A stretch of 64,000 nucleotides of DNA from the human T2T-CHM13v2.0 reference genome, Homo sapiens, in the NCBI RefSeq assembly GCF_009914755.1, contig NC_060939.1; one strand, written 5' to 3'. Positions 36,255 through 54,274 of the stretch are shown one piece after another. Both the position numbers and the translations under genes were made by a program. Each line of letters starts with the position of its first letter. Position 1 is the first letter of the stretch. The notes under the pieces were generated by a model. That model did no database searches. It was not told where the DNA came from and was given only the letters and a program-made list of their open reading frames with translations.

Positions 36255-36805
36255 TAAGTTCACAGTCCTTTATCTGCAATTCTGAAACCTTAAAGTTCTG
36301 AATTTTAGTAACTTACTTTGGGGGAAAGAACCAACTTGAAGATACGTGAACTCATTTTAGTCTGGTTCATGTGACCTGCTGTGAATATTAATAGTTTTTC
36401 TTGAAAATATGAATGTACTCGACTTTGCACAATTGTCCTAGGCCCGACTGGGGGTGGTAGTGGCTATGTCGGGTAGGCACCATGTTACCTCTGTAAAATC
36501 TGGAACATTCCAAACAGCCCAAGTAGTTTTAAATAAAGCATTTGGGACTTGAGTAGGAAATGTGTTATGTTTTTGAGTTTTTCCACTTAAACTTCCCCTA
36601 CTGTGCACTGTTCGACTAGATTGTTTCCTCTGAGGACGTGGTGACCCCCTCTGCAGTGACTCCATCGGCCCTCTCAGCCTCCGCTGGGCCATTTATCACA
36701 GTGACGGATGACCCGGGAGCTGCAAGCATCTTTGCAGAAACCATGACCAAAACTGAAGAGGTAAAGAGGCATTCTTTTTTCGCTTTGTATTGTGAAATTA
36801 CCAAA

Positions 36806-37163
36806 TGGCAGGTGGAGCCGCAGATCGATGACCCCAACAGCAACCTTGAGGAGGTGATTAATGAGGCAGAGGCCATCACCTCTGAGAACAGCCTGGGATG
36901 TAAGCAAGCCTTGAATACAGATTACCTTGATTCTGATTACCAAAGAGGACAGCTGTACCCTTTCTCCCTTAGCAGTGATCTCCAGGTGGCCGCGTTTATT
37001 CTCACAAATTCAGCCCGATGACTCAGTCCTTCCAGGAATGGTGGTACGTGAATCTCAACAGCCTAATGGACCAGGCTTTGACCCCACAGTGTGGCAGTGG
37101 GGAAGACCTATATATCCTCACAGGCACAGTGCCCTCAGACTACAAAGTTAAAGACAAAGTGGC
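36806..37163 (+). pseudogene. ENDOD1: Internal processed fragment of ENDOD1 mRNA
   Basis: WQVEPQIDDPNSNLEEVINEAEAITSENSLGCKQALNTDYLDSDYQRGQLYPFSLSSD...(1-nt deletion ~37016)...MTQSFQEWWYVNLNSLMDQALTPQCGSGEDLYILTGTVPSDYKVKDKVA matches recalled ENDOD1; no poly(A) or TSD visible. Confidence 0.88.
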
Positions 37164-38727
37164 CGGGCATGAGATGTCCTTCCTGGCTGCAGACACTTCA
37201 TCCATTTCTCTGGGTGGCTACTTGGTGTGGAGGAAAGTCTTACTCTGTCACTCAGTTTAGGCAGTTTCTGTGCCTGTTAGGATTTTTGGCTTTAGTTAGA
37301 AGAATATTGTCTTTAAAAGAACTTCTAAAGTTTATAAGTAGAATTAGATTTTTTAAAAAAAATCATTAAATGCAAGTTCATAGTCCTTTATCTGCAATTC
37401 TGAAACGTTAAAGCTCTGATAGTCAGAAATTTTAGTAACTTACATGATCACCAAAACGATAAAGTACTTAAGTAGAGTTGAGCAGTCTTGAAAGCACAGC
37501 AAAGATTTATTTGGTGGATATTTTAGGGGCTTGTTATTTCTTCATCTGCTATTCATGAAGAACTAAAAAGCTGTAGGCTTCCTTTTTTCTACTTTTTTGA
37601 GACGAGTTACTTGGTGTAATTCTGAGAGATGAAATCGAGGTGAATTGCCTTAAGCACTATTATTATTTTTCATAAGTTTATTGCATTTGTGAGAGGGAAG
37701 GGTATGAATCAGAACTTCGATTTATAATAATGCTGAGCATTTGCCATGCACATCCCTGCATTCTCAGTACAGATAGGAGGGGTTACCTTTATATATGGAT
37801 GAGGACACTGAGGCTGAGAGGTTATTACTGGCTTGAGGACACTCACTTTTCTGGTAGGTGGAAGAGATGGGTTGGAACCCTGAGTGCTCTGAGCCCCAGC
37901 TCCGTCATGACCCTTCTGCAGATGATGCGCTTGGCAGAGCAACCTTCTGAAGGCCAGAGCCCCTGGTTGACTCTGCATATGGGCGCTTGATGATGCCAAC
38001 ATCTGCTTTCAGTAACTCAACCAGGTTCCAGGAGAGACAGGAATAAGGATATGGCCGTTTTCATACTGCCCTTGCCAGATTGGCAAGATGGCTATTTCTG
38101 TGTCTTGCCCTGACCTGATATTTGTGACTCAAAAAGAGAGACAAATTTAGATTTAAAATCATGCCTATATGACAATGATATTAGTTATTAATATATAATA
38201 TATTTACTAAGCAAAGCTATTTCTTACCTAAATGTGAGGAAAAATTGAAAAAAGAATAATCTATTTCTAAAAAGTATAGAATGGGCATTAGAAGAATTTT
38301 ATTTTTTCTGGATTGAAAATTTTGGAGTTAATAGATTATTGCTATTATGATGTATTCTCTCATTTATTTTTAAAAATAACAGCTTATAATCACTCTTAAC
38401 TTGAATTGTAAAAGATGTGAATCACCAATAATTTTTAAAATAAAATAAGAACACTGTGGATTGTTGAGAATGTGGTATGGGTCTGACCACTAGTGTACTG
38501 GGTCAAGAGGGGCAGCTGTGTTGGGGTTGGTGGTCCCTCCTGTCACAGACTCTCCCTGTCTCTGTCTGGCCTGGGCAGCTTGATGGTTCCTGATTCCCGC
38601 CCCTCCCACTGGGCTCCCTTGCCTTCTAAGATTGTGGTCATTTTCACGTACTGGGTGCTCCTTCCCTTGATGTTTTTGTTTCCGAGGCCAACTTTACTCA
38701 CTAGGAAGTAATTTTGTCTTGGTGTAA

Positions 38728-39424
<697 letters not shown>

Positions 39425-41009
39425 CAACGACTTTTTAATATAGATCATCTCTAAGCTTCACAGCATCTTACAAGCTCTGTGCTGTCTCTGTTTTATGTGC
39501 AAGGAAGCCAAGCCCTGATTTGAACTCAGTTTCTCAAACTCCAAGCCCTCCACTCTGCCACGCTGTCCTTGTGGAGCTCCTGAGCAGGACGGGCAGAGGT
39601 GGCATGCAGGTGACCAGGTGTGGGGCTGTTGGCCCCCTCATTCATGTCATTGCTTCCTCCCCAGGTGGCAGATATGCTGTTGGAGCTCTGTGTCACCGAG
39701 TTGGAGGATGTGGCCACAAGACTTGCAGAGCGGCCGCCTCTCTTCTCAGCCTGTGGTGGTGGAGAGTAGCCACCCTTACACCGACGACACCTCCACCAGT
39801 GGCACAGTGAAGATACCAGGTACGGGGGCTGGCCCCAGGGGGGAGCTGCAGCCTTTCCCACCTTCAGAATGATGTGATTCTGTAATTGCTTCAGTAGAAA
39901 CAACCGTCTCCATTTTATAAAAAAAAGTTACAGACTTGCTTTAGAATCATTTTTCTCCCCTTTTCCAACAAACTTCTTTTGCACAATAAATCATGACACA
40001 GAAAGTCACACAAAGTAAATGTTTAGCTTCATGATAATCAGACAGATGCCCTAGTCATCATGACCCAGGTCTAGACATAACCTGTGGCAGATTCTGGAAG
40101 CCCTCAGCGTGTCCCCTGACGTCCCTCTGAGTGATGCTCTCCTGATGTTGAGCCATCACTGACTTGCATTTCTGGGCAGCTTCTTTTACCCATGTGTGTA
40201 TCTTTCTTTTCTTTTTCTTTTCCTTTTCTTTTTAACAACTCAAGAAAAATTATTAAGAAGAAAATTGTTGAGGCCCTGGCCTTTGATCTGGCAGGCTTCA
40301 CTGCAGCCTGGATCTGCTGACTGGACACGTGTGCTGCTGTTCAGTGTGTTCCTCAGGCCCGTCCTTCTGCAAGGTGCTGCCCGATTCGGAGGCCCATAAG
40401 TTCCGCCCCTTTTGCCAGCTCCTTAGTGGTTGTGACTCAGCCTCAGCAGGCACCTCCTGCCTGCCTGTCTTTCCTTTGTGACATCAGCAGTCCCTGAGGC
40501 TTATTAGCACCCGAGGCCGTTGGCCCATGAGGGGCTACAAATGGTGCTATTCTAGTGGAATCATTTCTTGCTTATTTATTAGCTGGAATACTTTCTTGTA
40601 AAGAGACATTTCCCCTCATCCTACAGTTGGTTGCCCAGGCAAACAGCACTGAGAAAGACAAGATAAAAGCTTGAGTCTTCCTTCTGTTTACCAGAGAATG
40701 AATTGGTTTTCTATCATTTCTTGAAGGTGACCTGTTTATTTTTAATATTACTATGAGCTCATGGATTGAAACATATGTGATTGTTTTACTGTATTGTGAT
40801 TATCTTTGTTGAAGCTAAGATTATCCGTTTCTAGACAGTGGCAGCCTCTTCAGTGTGGCTCCCAAAGTGATTCCGGTGTTCTTCGGTAGCATCCAGGCAG
40901 TCTACAGAAGGTGTCCTCAGTTTTTTGTAGGTTGCCACTCTTCACCTGGGGTCTACCCTGGATTCTTTTGAGTTCATACTGATACTTAAAATTTTTTTCC
41001 TTTTGTTTT

Positions 41010-41187
41010 ATATTTTATTTATGTATTTACTCGTTTAGAGACAGGATCTTGCTCTGTCACCCAGGCTGGAGTGCAGTAGTGCAATTATAGCTCACTGTGG
41101 CCTCGAATTCCTGGGCTCAAGTGATCCTCCTGCCTCAGCCTCCTGAGTAGCTAGGAGTACAGGCACATGCCACCTCACCTGGCTAAT
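41010..41187 (-). mobile_element. Alu right monomer (AluJ/FRAM-like)
   Basis: gagacaggatcttgctctgtcacccaggctggagtgcagtag...cacctggctaa. Confidence 0.8.
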
Positions 41188-41700
41188 ATGCTGATTCCTT
41201 CTACTCAAATTCAAAAGTACAAGGTCTGTGCTTCTGTTACATCTGCCTCTCCTTTCTTCCATATCAAATCCTGGTTCCAAGAGTGTTTGATAAAATATCT
41301 CATGATTTTTCATTTGCTTTAACATAACCACATTGCATACATGACAGACTTAGGATATAATTTCAATACTGCCAACATCAGTATAATTACTGAAATTCTT
41401 AAAAATCTTAGAATATGCCCTAATTTTTTCAAATTTATTAAAATAATTATACTGCATCTACAAGAGCACAATAGCTGTTACATACTATACTTTCTTTCAG
41501 TCTTCGAGTCTTAGTTTTACTGACTGGTCCTCATGGGGTCTGAAGTGCACTCTAGTGAATTCCTCATTAGCCCCTGAGATCAGACTTGTCCATGAGAGTT
41601 TTTGTCCTTTGAATTTGAAAGGTAGTTTTTCTGGGTATTAAAGCCTTGGATCATGTCTTTTTCCTCTGTGAAAGTGTGATAATGTTAGCATCTTTCCCCC

Positions 41701-42545
41701 TTAGAAGTCACGTGTGTTTTTTCAGTAATTTTGCTAGAATATACGTTGGTGTGGCCATTCTCAGTGATGTTCTCGGTTAGAAGTAATGTGTGTTTTTTGA
41801 GTAATTTTACTAGAATATACGTTGGTGTGGCCGTTCTCGGTGATGTTCTCGGTTAGAAGCCGTGTGTGTTTTTTTTTTTTTGTAATTTTACTAGAATATA
41901 CGTCGGTGTGGCCATTCTCGGTGATGTTCTCGGTTAGAAGCCATGTGTGTTTTTTTTGTAATTTTACTAGAATATACATTGGTGTGGCCATTCTCAGTGA
42001 TGTTCTCGGTTAGAAGCCGCGTGTGTTTTTTTGGTAATTTTACTAGAATATACGATTGTGTAGCCGTTCTCGGTGATGTTCTCGGTTAGAAGTCAGGTGT
42101 GTTTTTTCGGTAATTTTACTAGAATATACATTGGTGTGACCATTCTCGGTGATGTTCTCAGTTAGAAGCCGAGTGTGTTTTTTCAGTAATTTCACTAGAA
42201 TGTATGTTCGTGTGGCCGTTCTCGGTAATGTTCTGGGTTGGAAGCCACGTGTGTTTTTTCGGTAGTTTTACTAGAATGTGCATTCGTGTGGCCGTTCTCG
42301 GTGGTGTTCTTGGTTAGGAGCCACGTGTGTTTTTTCGGTAGTTTTACTAGAATATACGTTCGTGTGGCCGTTCTTGGTGATGCTCTCAGTTAGGAGCTGC
42401 ATGTGTTGTTTTGTTGCTTTCACTAGAATGTATGTTCATGTGGCCGTTCTCGGTGATGTTCTCGGTTAGAAGCTGCGTGTGTTTTTTCGGTGATTTCACT
42501 AGAATGTGCGTTCGTGTGCCTGTTCTCTGTGATGTTCTCGGGTAA
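41701..42545. repeat. Minisatellite/VNTR, 76-bp unit x11
   Basis: Unit ttagaagccacgtgtgttttttcggtaattttactagaatatacgttggtgtggccgttctcggtgatgttctcgg; starts at 41701, 41777, 41853, 41934, 42010, 42086, 42162, 42238, 42314, 42390, 42466. Confidence 0.95.
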
Positions 42546-43030
42546 GGGGTGCTCTTTTAGTCTGTCATCCCAAGTCTGTTTTGCAGGATGTTCTCTTGAA
42601 TTGCAGTCTGCAGTGTTTGTTCTGTAGCATTGCTTAGCAGTCTTTTCTAGGGACGCTTGGTAACTCTCCATGCGTTGCATACCTCATGCCTTTTAGAGTT
42701 AGTGTTGGTTACTTTCTCTTTCAAGTACTTTTTACCTCTGTTTATTTTTTAAAAACTTCCTCTTTTTTTCCTATTTGTCTTAAGGTAGCATCTACTGTGT
42801 TTATTTGATTTTACACTCTGTTTTAGTCTCCATTGGAATGTAGTTTTGTTTTCATTGTAATTCTGTCTTCAGCTTTATTTAGTTTCTTCATTTTCCTAAG
42901 TCTGATTTATGTGGTTCTTTCACGTCTTGTATCATTTTTCTAATTTCACTCAATTTCTTTTGAGATGATAGATTATAGGGTTGACATGTTTTGGGGACAT
43001 ATCTTTCTGGCCTGCTTTTATTGCCTATAG

Positions 43031-43732
<702 letters not shown>

Positions 43733-46700
43733 TCAGAAAAGCATTTTTAAACTTTAAGCTATTACTTCATGATAGAAATTTAAAGAACAAAAGGTATTTC
43801 TAGTCAGCATTTGCCTAGATGAAAATCTTGTGACCCTTTTTCTCTTCTGTTTCTCTCTCGCTTTATATCCAGTCCACCAGCAAATCCTGTTTTCTCTGCT
43901 TTTAAAATATATTCCAAATTCAACCATTTTTCCCTCACTCTAGACATTCTGGGCTAGAGCACCGCGGGGTCTCACCCAGTTTATCATCCTAGCAACCACA
44001 TACTAGCTGCCTCCCTGTGTTCCTGCTTCCACTCCCCACCTCCTGCGGCCCCCCCAGAATCAGCTCCCAACAGAGCATGCAGAGATAGTATCTTAAAACC
44101 AGTCCAAGCCTGTCAACCCTGTAACCGTAAGAGAGGACCTGAGCCCCTGCCCCACGTCCCTCCTTCTTCCCTCCTTCCTCCCCTGCCTCTTTCCCGGCCT
44201 CTCAGTGCCATCCTCTGCTAGATCTTCCAGCCTGAAGGAAAACTCTTGTGCCTCTGCTCGCACACCTCTCACACCAGATGTGCGGGTTCTCCACACCAAG
44301 CGGTTCTCCAGTTCTCTGGACACGCCAGAAGTTGAGGTGCTCCTCACCTCCAATGCCGCTCACTCCCCAGGTGACCCACAGCTGCCATCTGACTTGGCTG
44401 CACACTGGGCATTCCCACAGCCCCTGGTCAGTGTGATGTTCGCTGTAAAGCTTGATCAGGGGAGTGGAGTTGCAGTAGGAAAGTGTGCCCGGGAGTGACT
44501 GCACAAAACAAATTGGCCAAGTGGAAGTGTTTTCTGGCCTTCCAGTCCACAGACATAATCTTCAGTGGGGATGAGCTGGGGAAAGGGTGGTCAGTCTTGA
44601 GATGCTTGCCTTTGAGGCCAGTTCTTTCTGACTTTCTGCTATTCATTAGCTGTTAAATGTGGTTTTAATCTCACTGTTAACTCCTTGGTGCACTGTTTCT
44701 ACTTTGGGTGCTGATCTGGAGTGGTTGCTATGTTTTGTGCTCGCCTGTCCTCCAGGTGCAGAAGGACTCAGGGTGGAATTTGACCGGCAGTGCTCCTCAG
44801 AGTGGCACCACGACCCTCTCACAATCATGGATGGCGTCAACAGGATCGTCTCCGTGTGGTCAGGTAAGGACAGGAGGTTGAGCCAGGATTGTCTCCATGC
44901 GGTCAGGTAAGAACAGGAGGTTGAGCAGGGCATGATCTGCCCACCTGTGTCTCCATAGACACAACCCTTCACATTTATAGGACAGAATGCTGCTACCATA
45001 TTCTCATCGAAGTCTTGAGGAAGGGACAGTATGCTATGTAGCTGTGAAACACAGTAGGTTTGCTTGCCTCTTTCCCATACTTTTAAATACAGTAGTTATC
45101 TGTGATGTACGTACCACATCCCTGTCGGATGGGCCCTGCCTCACCAGACAGTTGCAGAAGGTGCTGGTGACGTGTGGGGTGCCAGGGCTCGTGCGAGGTC
45201 ATGGTTGGCATAATACAGAGCTTCTTCAAGGGGTTTGTTTCTTACTGGCTGCAGTGAGGGCATGGCCATGTGTGGAGTGATTTCTGTGTGTAGGTGGAGG
45301 CAGCCACGTGTCCGGCTTGTCTCTGCTGCTGGGCTCCATGAGGCCAGCGGGGACACATCAGGACGTCTTTGGGGGCTTGTGAAATGCTCTTTTACCAAGT
45401 ATTTTAGAATTGGCAGTGCAGGGGTGTGTGTATGCACCTTTTAAGACCTCTTTATCCTTCATCTCGAGTGTTTCCTGTAAAGGGCCAGGTAATGCAGCCT
45501 CTGTCATAACATGCAGACAGGATGCCAGTGAATGGGCGTGGCTGTGTCCCAGGAAAACTTTATTCACACAGCGTTACTTAGTTAAGTAAAGCTTTGCATG
45601 AAGTGGTGTGGTCCCAGTGGGCGTGGGTTTTTCTGGTGCTTTGACAGATGTTTGCCAGTGTAGTTTTCAGTAGTGTTGTTGGATGTGACCGTATTTCTGC
45701 ATCCAGCAGAAAGTGCTTATGGGCCATCCCTGGGCTGCTGCCAGATGGTCATTCTGAAGCAGAAATCTGGAGGGGTTCTCTTGGCCTTCTGAGATGCTGT
45801 AGTACACCACCGCTCCTGTCCACAGCAGCCAGGCCCTCTGCTCCCTCGAGGGCGGCCTCCTCTGGGCTGTGCTGAACCACACACATGGGCCTTTTGATGG
45901 GAGAGCTAGGGTTCTTCCTTCTGCTGCCTGGCCACCTGGTTGTATCAGAGCATTCCCGGGAAACATCCCCATGGCCCCTGGCCTGGTGTGTGCTGGAGAC
46001 CTGGAGGCCCACTCACTGTATCCTGGCTGGTGGGGTCATTTCCCCACTGGGCGATGGCTTCTGCCAGGGCAGTGTCTGCCCGCCTGCCCCAGTTTCCTAG
46101 GTACCTGGTACAGGGGCTGAATGCGTGTTTGCTGAAGAATGGTATGTATTAAAATGTGAATCCCAAGAGTGATGTGTCACTGTGCACTTCAGCTTGGGAG
46201 AGCTTGGATTGGAGGAACTTGCTCTTCATGCATGATGGAAATCATTCTGCTTTGTGTCTAAGGAAGTTTGTGTTGATTGGATGATGGAGTGAAGCTAACC
46301 CCGAGATTCACTTTCCTCCCCCAGACCGAGGGTGGTCCGACTGGTCCAGCTAGCTACGTATCCCGGGGGATGAGTTAAAATGGAAGTTCATCAGCGACGG
46401 GCCTGTGAACGGCTGGGGCTGGTGCTTCACCATCTATCCCATCATGCCAGCTGCTGGTAAGGGAGGGGCTTATGGCAATCAAAGTTAGATGACTGGCTGT
46501 GGATTGTTTCTGGAGTAACATGGACATGTGCACATTTCCATGTAGTGCCTGACGGCCTGCCTTCTGCTGTGTTGCGGTGAATGCTCCCACAGGCCCCGTT
46601 GAGGCGTGGAACAGAACACAGAGAACTGTCCCAGCCGTCCAACTATCAGGCTCACACTCCTCCTCACCTGGTGTGGAAGGAGTTGTTGCTGGTGTCGTTC

Positions 46701-47380
46701 TTAGGCTTTTGGTTTACAGTGGAAGTGTGAGTGTGAAGAGCAAGGCTCACCGACTCGCAGTGGCATGCGTGGGCACACCAGCTGTTGCCTTCTGGTGGGT
46801 GGGGCTGGGTGGAGCCACCCTTGTTTGTTGGCTTCTTATGGGTTGGTCCCTAGCTTGTGAAACACAGGGGTGTTTACAGTGCTCATTCACAGGCCCTAAA
46901 GAACTCCTCTCTGACTGCTGCGTCCTCTCTTGTCCATCCACGGACTTGGTGACGTGTCTGTTAGACTTCCGACTCAACCTTGCCTCTAACAGAAGTGTCG
47001 TCCCTTGCCTTGTGGCCTTGCTGGCAGCTTGTGCACAGCTGAGTGGCCTAGGTAAATGCCACCATTACAGTTACATCTGTCTTCCTACTTGGAAGAAACC
47101 ATCAGACTTCTGATACTTCTTTCTGCTCATTTCAGCCACCAGTCACAGAATGTGGGCCCTTCAGAAATTGAGGAAGCTGCTTACAACTGAATTTGGGCAA
47201 TCAATTAACATAAATAGGCTGCTTGGAGAAAATGATGGGGAAGCAAGAGCTTTGGTATGGAGCATTCTAGTACAATTTCTAGATTTGTGACCTTTGGGGA
47301 ATAAAATGTTGCTTTCGTAGTCTAAACCTCTAAATCATTGAGAAGAGTTGGGGAATTTCACATAAGAAAAAGGAGGCCTC

Positions 47381-47688
<308 letters not shown>

Positions 47689-49009
47689 TCACATCCAGAC
47701 TTTTTGTATGTTGCAGTGCATACTGAGTTCAAGTTGGACTTTGATTTTGTGAAAATCTGTCTCGACTGCCATGAACATAGGATTGTGTTGATTGGACTTG
47801 GACAATGAGGCTAACTGATTGGCCTCCCCTTTATTTTGCTGACTAAAGTAGTCCCTTTTGATCCTACACATGGGAGGAGACAGGCAGCGTTTGTGGGCCA
47901 GAGAGGGGCTATTTCTCTGGAAGCGGATGTACTGAAATCAAGACCAAACATTCTGAGATGAGTCTTTAAACTCCTCTTTTTTATTTTAGTGTTTATGTTC
48001 TTTTAGCTTTTTTCCTACTTGAGAATTTTGATAAGCTTTTTTTTTTTTTTAGAAGAAATGGTACCAACATAATAAAACATTTGACCTTAGAGACAAATGG
48101 TCAGCCTCTCCTGTACTCTGGATTCCCACGATAGAATACTGTTCTGTTGTTTCTTAGAGTTTTACAGGTAGTGCTCTTGCTGCTTTGGTGAAAGGTCTTC
48201 CAGAAGCTTTGCAAAGGCAGTTTGAATATGAAGATCCTATTGTGAGGGGTGGCAAACAGCTGCTCCACAGCCCATTCTTTAAGGTAATGTTTCACTTCTT
48301 TTTTAAAGTGACAATAGAGCTATTTGACTGAAAGAGCCACTGAGAGTTGTCATGTGCAGTCTGTTTGTGTGTTTTAGGCCTCTGAGGGCAGCTGTAGGTT
48401 GCTGAAGTCAAATATGAAAAAATCTCAAGAAATGATCGTGTAATCTAAACCCTTAAACCATAAGCCTGTAACCGTTAGCATGCCTTGAGATGCACAGGTG
48501 TTCTTGTCACTTGATGCAGGCAACAAGTGTTGCAGCAGTTGTGTGGCACGTGGCTAGGAACTGTCAGAGATCGCCACATCACTGATGGTGGCCGTATCCT
48601 TGCTGTGCCCATGGCCGTCATCCTGGAATAGGAGGTCCTGCGGAAGGAGCCACAGAAACCTCGGCCTGTTCACTGCATTTCTGAGTGTCCCTGAGTTTGT
48701 CATTTTTGGTGCCTGCAGGTACTGGTAGCTCTTGCTTGTGACCTGGAGCTGGACACTCTGCCTTGCTGTGCCGAGACGCACAAGTGGGCCTGGTTCCGGA
48801 GGTACTGCATGGCCTCCCGCATTGCTGTGGCCCTTGACAAAAGAACACCATTGCCCCGTCTGTTTCTTGATGAGGTATTGCATGATATTTTGGAATCACT
48901 TTTGGGATGCAAAAACATTGTTTAGCTATAGTGTAACAAGATGCCAATATTATGAGACACAGAAAAATTTTGCTTGCCAAGGAATATCAAAGAAAATAAC
49001 ACATAGGTA

Positions 49010-49260
49010 GGGCCAGGCGCGGTGGCTCACGCCTGTAATCCCAGCACTTTGGGAGGCCGAGGCGGGTGGATCACGAGGTCAGGGGTTTGAGACCAGCCTG
49101 ACCAACATGGTGAAACCCCGTCTCTACTAAAAATACAAAAATTAGCTTGGCGTAGTGGCGGGCGCTTGTAATCCCAGCCACTCAGGAGGCTGAGGCAGGA
49201 GAATTGCTTGAACCCGGGAGGCGGAGCTTGCAGTGAGCCGAGATCGCACCATAGAGAAAA
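49010..49260 (+). mobile_element. Alu with 3' deletion but intact TSD
   Basis: Ends at gagatcgcacca; 20-bp TSD aaagaaaataacacataggt on both sides. Confidence 0.9.
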
Positions 49261-50121
49261 AGAAAGAAAATAACACATAGGTGAAAATGAGTGAACTGAC
49301 ACTGTGAATTTCAGTTAAAGTTTATTTTTAGTGAACTACAGATAGAATGAGACTGTCTAGACATTTTTAATATGTTAGACTTGATGCAGTTATTATTGGT
49401 TTTGCCCAGGAACCATAACATTGCAATGTTGCTCTTCCCTCATATTTTCAGGCAGGGATTCCTTCTGTCTTTCCTTAGTATTTATTTATTTTGTTTGAGA
49501 TGAGTGTTTGATTTGTAACATCATAATAATTTTGTTTAAGTGGCTAAGAAAATTCGTGAATTAATGGCAGACAGCGAAAACATGGGATGTTCTGCCTGAG
49601 AGCCAAGACATTTTTAAAAGAGAGCAAGATGAACAAGTTGTGCAGTGAATGAACAGGTTATTATATTAGAAACAAGCAGTAATGTCGATCTTGAACGCGA
49701 GAGGCTGTGTGCATTGTTCTTTCCCATGGCAAATGCTCACTTGATGTGTGTTGTAGGCGACCAGATGATTGGAATCTGTCTGCTGGTGGCAGTGGAACAA
49801 TTTATGGTTGGGGACATGATCATAGGGGCCAGCTCGGGGGCATTGAAGGTGCAAAAGTCAAAATTCCCTCTCCCTGTGAAGCCCTCACAACTCTCAGACC
49901 CATGCAGTTAATCGGAGGGGAACAGACCCTCTGCTGTGACAGCTGATGGGAAGGTAAGGGTGCTTTTTCTGTGTCACAGGGTCACTGAGCCTGAGGCAGT
50001 TGTGGCTAACGGTGCTGTGTGGTTCTTAGCACAGGCAAGGATCTGCACTAAAACGTTTCTCAGGATTAATAGTACTGTGGTATGCAGGAAGCAGTTAGAC
50101 TTCTAAGATATTTTTGCATAA

Positions 50122-50445
<324 letters not shown>

Positions 50446-50508
50446 TAATTTTGAAAATACATCATGTATACGAAAGTATTACAATTTTTGTTTGTGTATC
50501 ACTCGTTA

Positions 50509-50859
<351 letters not shown>

Positions 50860-51196
50860 ATTGCCACTGATATATAGAAATATTGGATGTTTATATACTG
50901 ACTTTATGTTTGGTGACCTACTTGAGTCTCTTCATTCTAGTGTATCTGAAGATTTCTTATATCTTCTTTATAGAGTGCCATAGTCTCTAAATGAATTCTG
51001 TTCCTTTCTGTCTAGCATACCTCTCTTTTATTTTTCCCATTTGTGTGGGAGAATGGGAGCTCATGGTGCGGGCTGGGGTTGTGATGTGATTCTGGGTAGG
51101 AGTGGGCAGAGGCTCCTGCCTTGATCCAGACTGGAGCAGGCACAGAAGGAGCGTTTCCAGGCTTCCAGTGGGGTTTGAGTAGAAGCCCTTGATTAG

Positions 51197-51608
<412 letters not shown>

Positions 51609-51789
51609 AATGTTTTCTAATGGATTGGTATAGTCAGTTGGATTAATTGGTTTTCTCATATTAAACAAACTTGCATTGTTTGGATAAATCCAGTTTGGTC
51701 AGGATATGTATCTGGCTTGTGTTTGTGATTGTTTTGTTTAGATTTTTGGGAGATCCTATTCATGAGTGAGATAGTCTCGTGTAATGTTC

Positions 51790-52209
51790 TGTCTCACACA
51801 CATGTATCATTTCATAGTTTCTCTGGGTCAGGACTCTGGATGCAGCATAGCTCCATCCTCCAGCTCAGAATCTCAGCAGGCTGCAGTTGTCTTGAGGCTG
51901 TCCGAGCAAGGATTCAGTCCCTTGTGGACCTTTGGGCTGAGGCCTCAGTCCCTTATGAGCTGTTGGCAGAGCCTCCCCTCACTCAGCCCTTTGCCACGTG
52001 TCCATAGAGCGTCTCACAGCGTGGCAACTGACTGTCAGCGAGAGCAAGGGAGGCGCAGGAGGGAGCACCAGCAAGAGAGAGTGGAGGAAACAGAGCCCCG
52101 GTCCTGTGTAACTGAATCACAGAAGTGACCACACTCCATCGTTCTTGCCCTATTCTGCTCATCAGAAGCAGGTCATTAAGTCCAGCCCACACTCAGGGAG
52201 AGGGAGCTG
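51790..52209. mobile_element. MLT1-like MaLR LTR relic, split by Tigger1 (continues ~54275-54340)
   Basis: catagtttctctgggtcagga...gggctgaggcctcagt...aagtccagcccacactcagggagaggga typical of MLT1. Confidence 0.6.
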
Positions 52210-54274
<2,065 letters not shown>

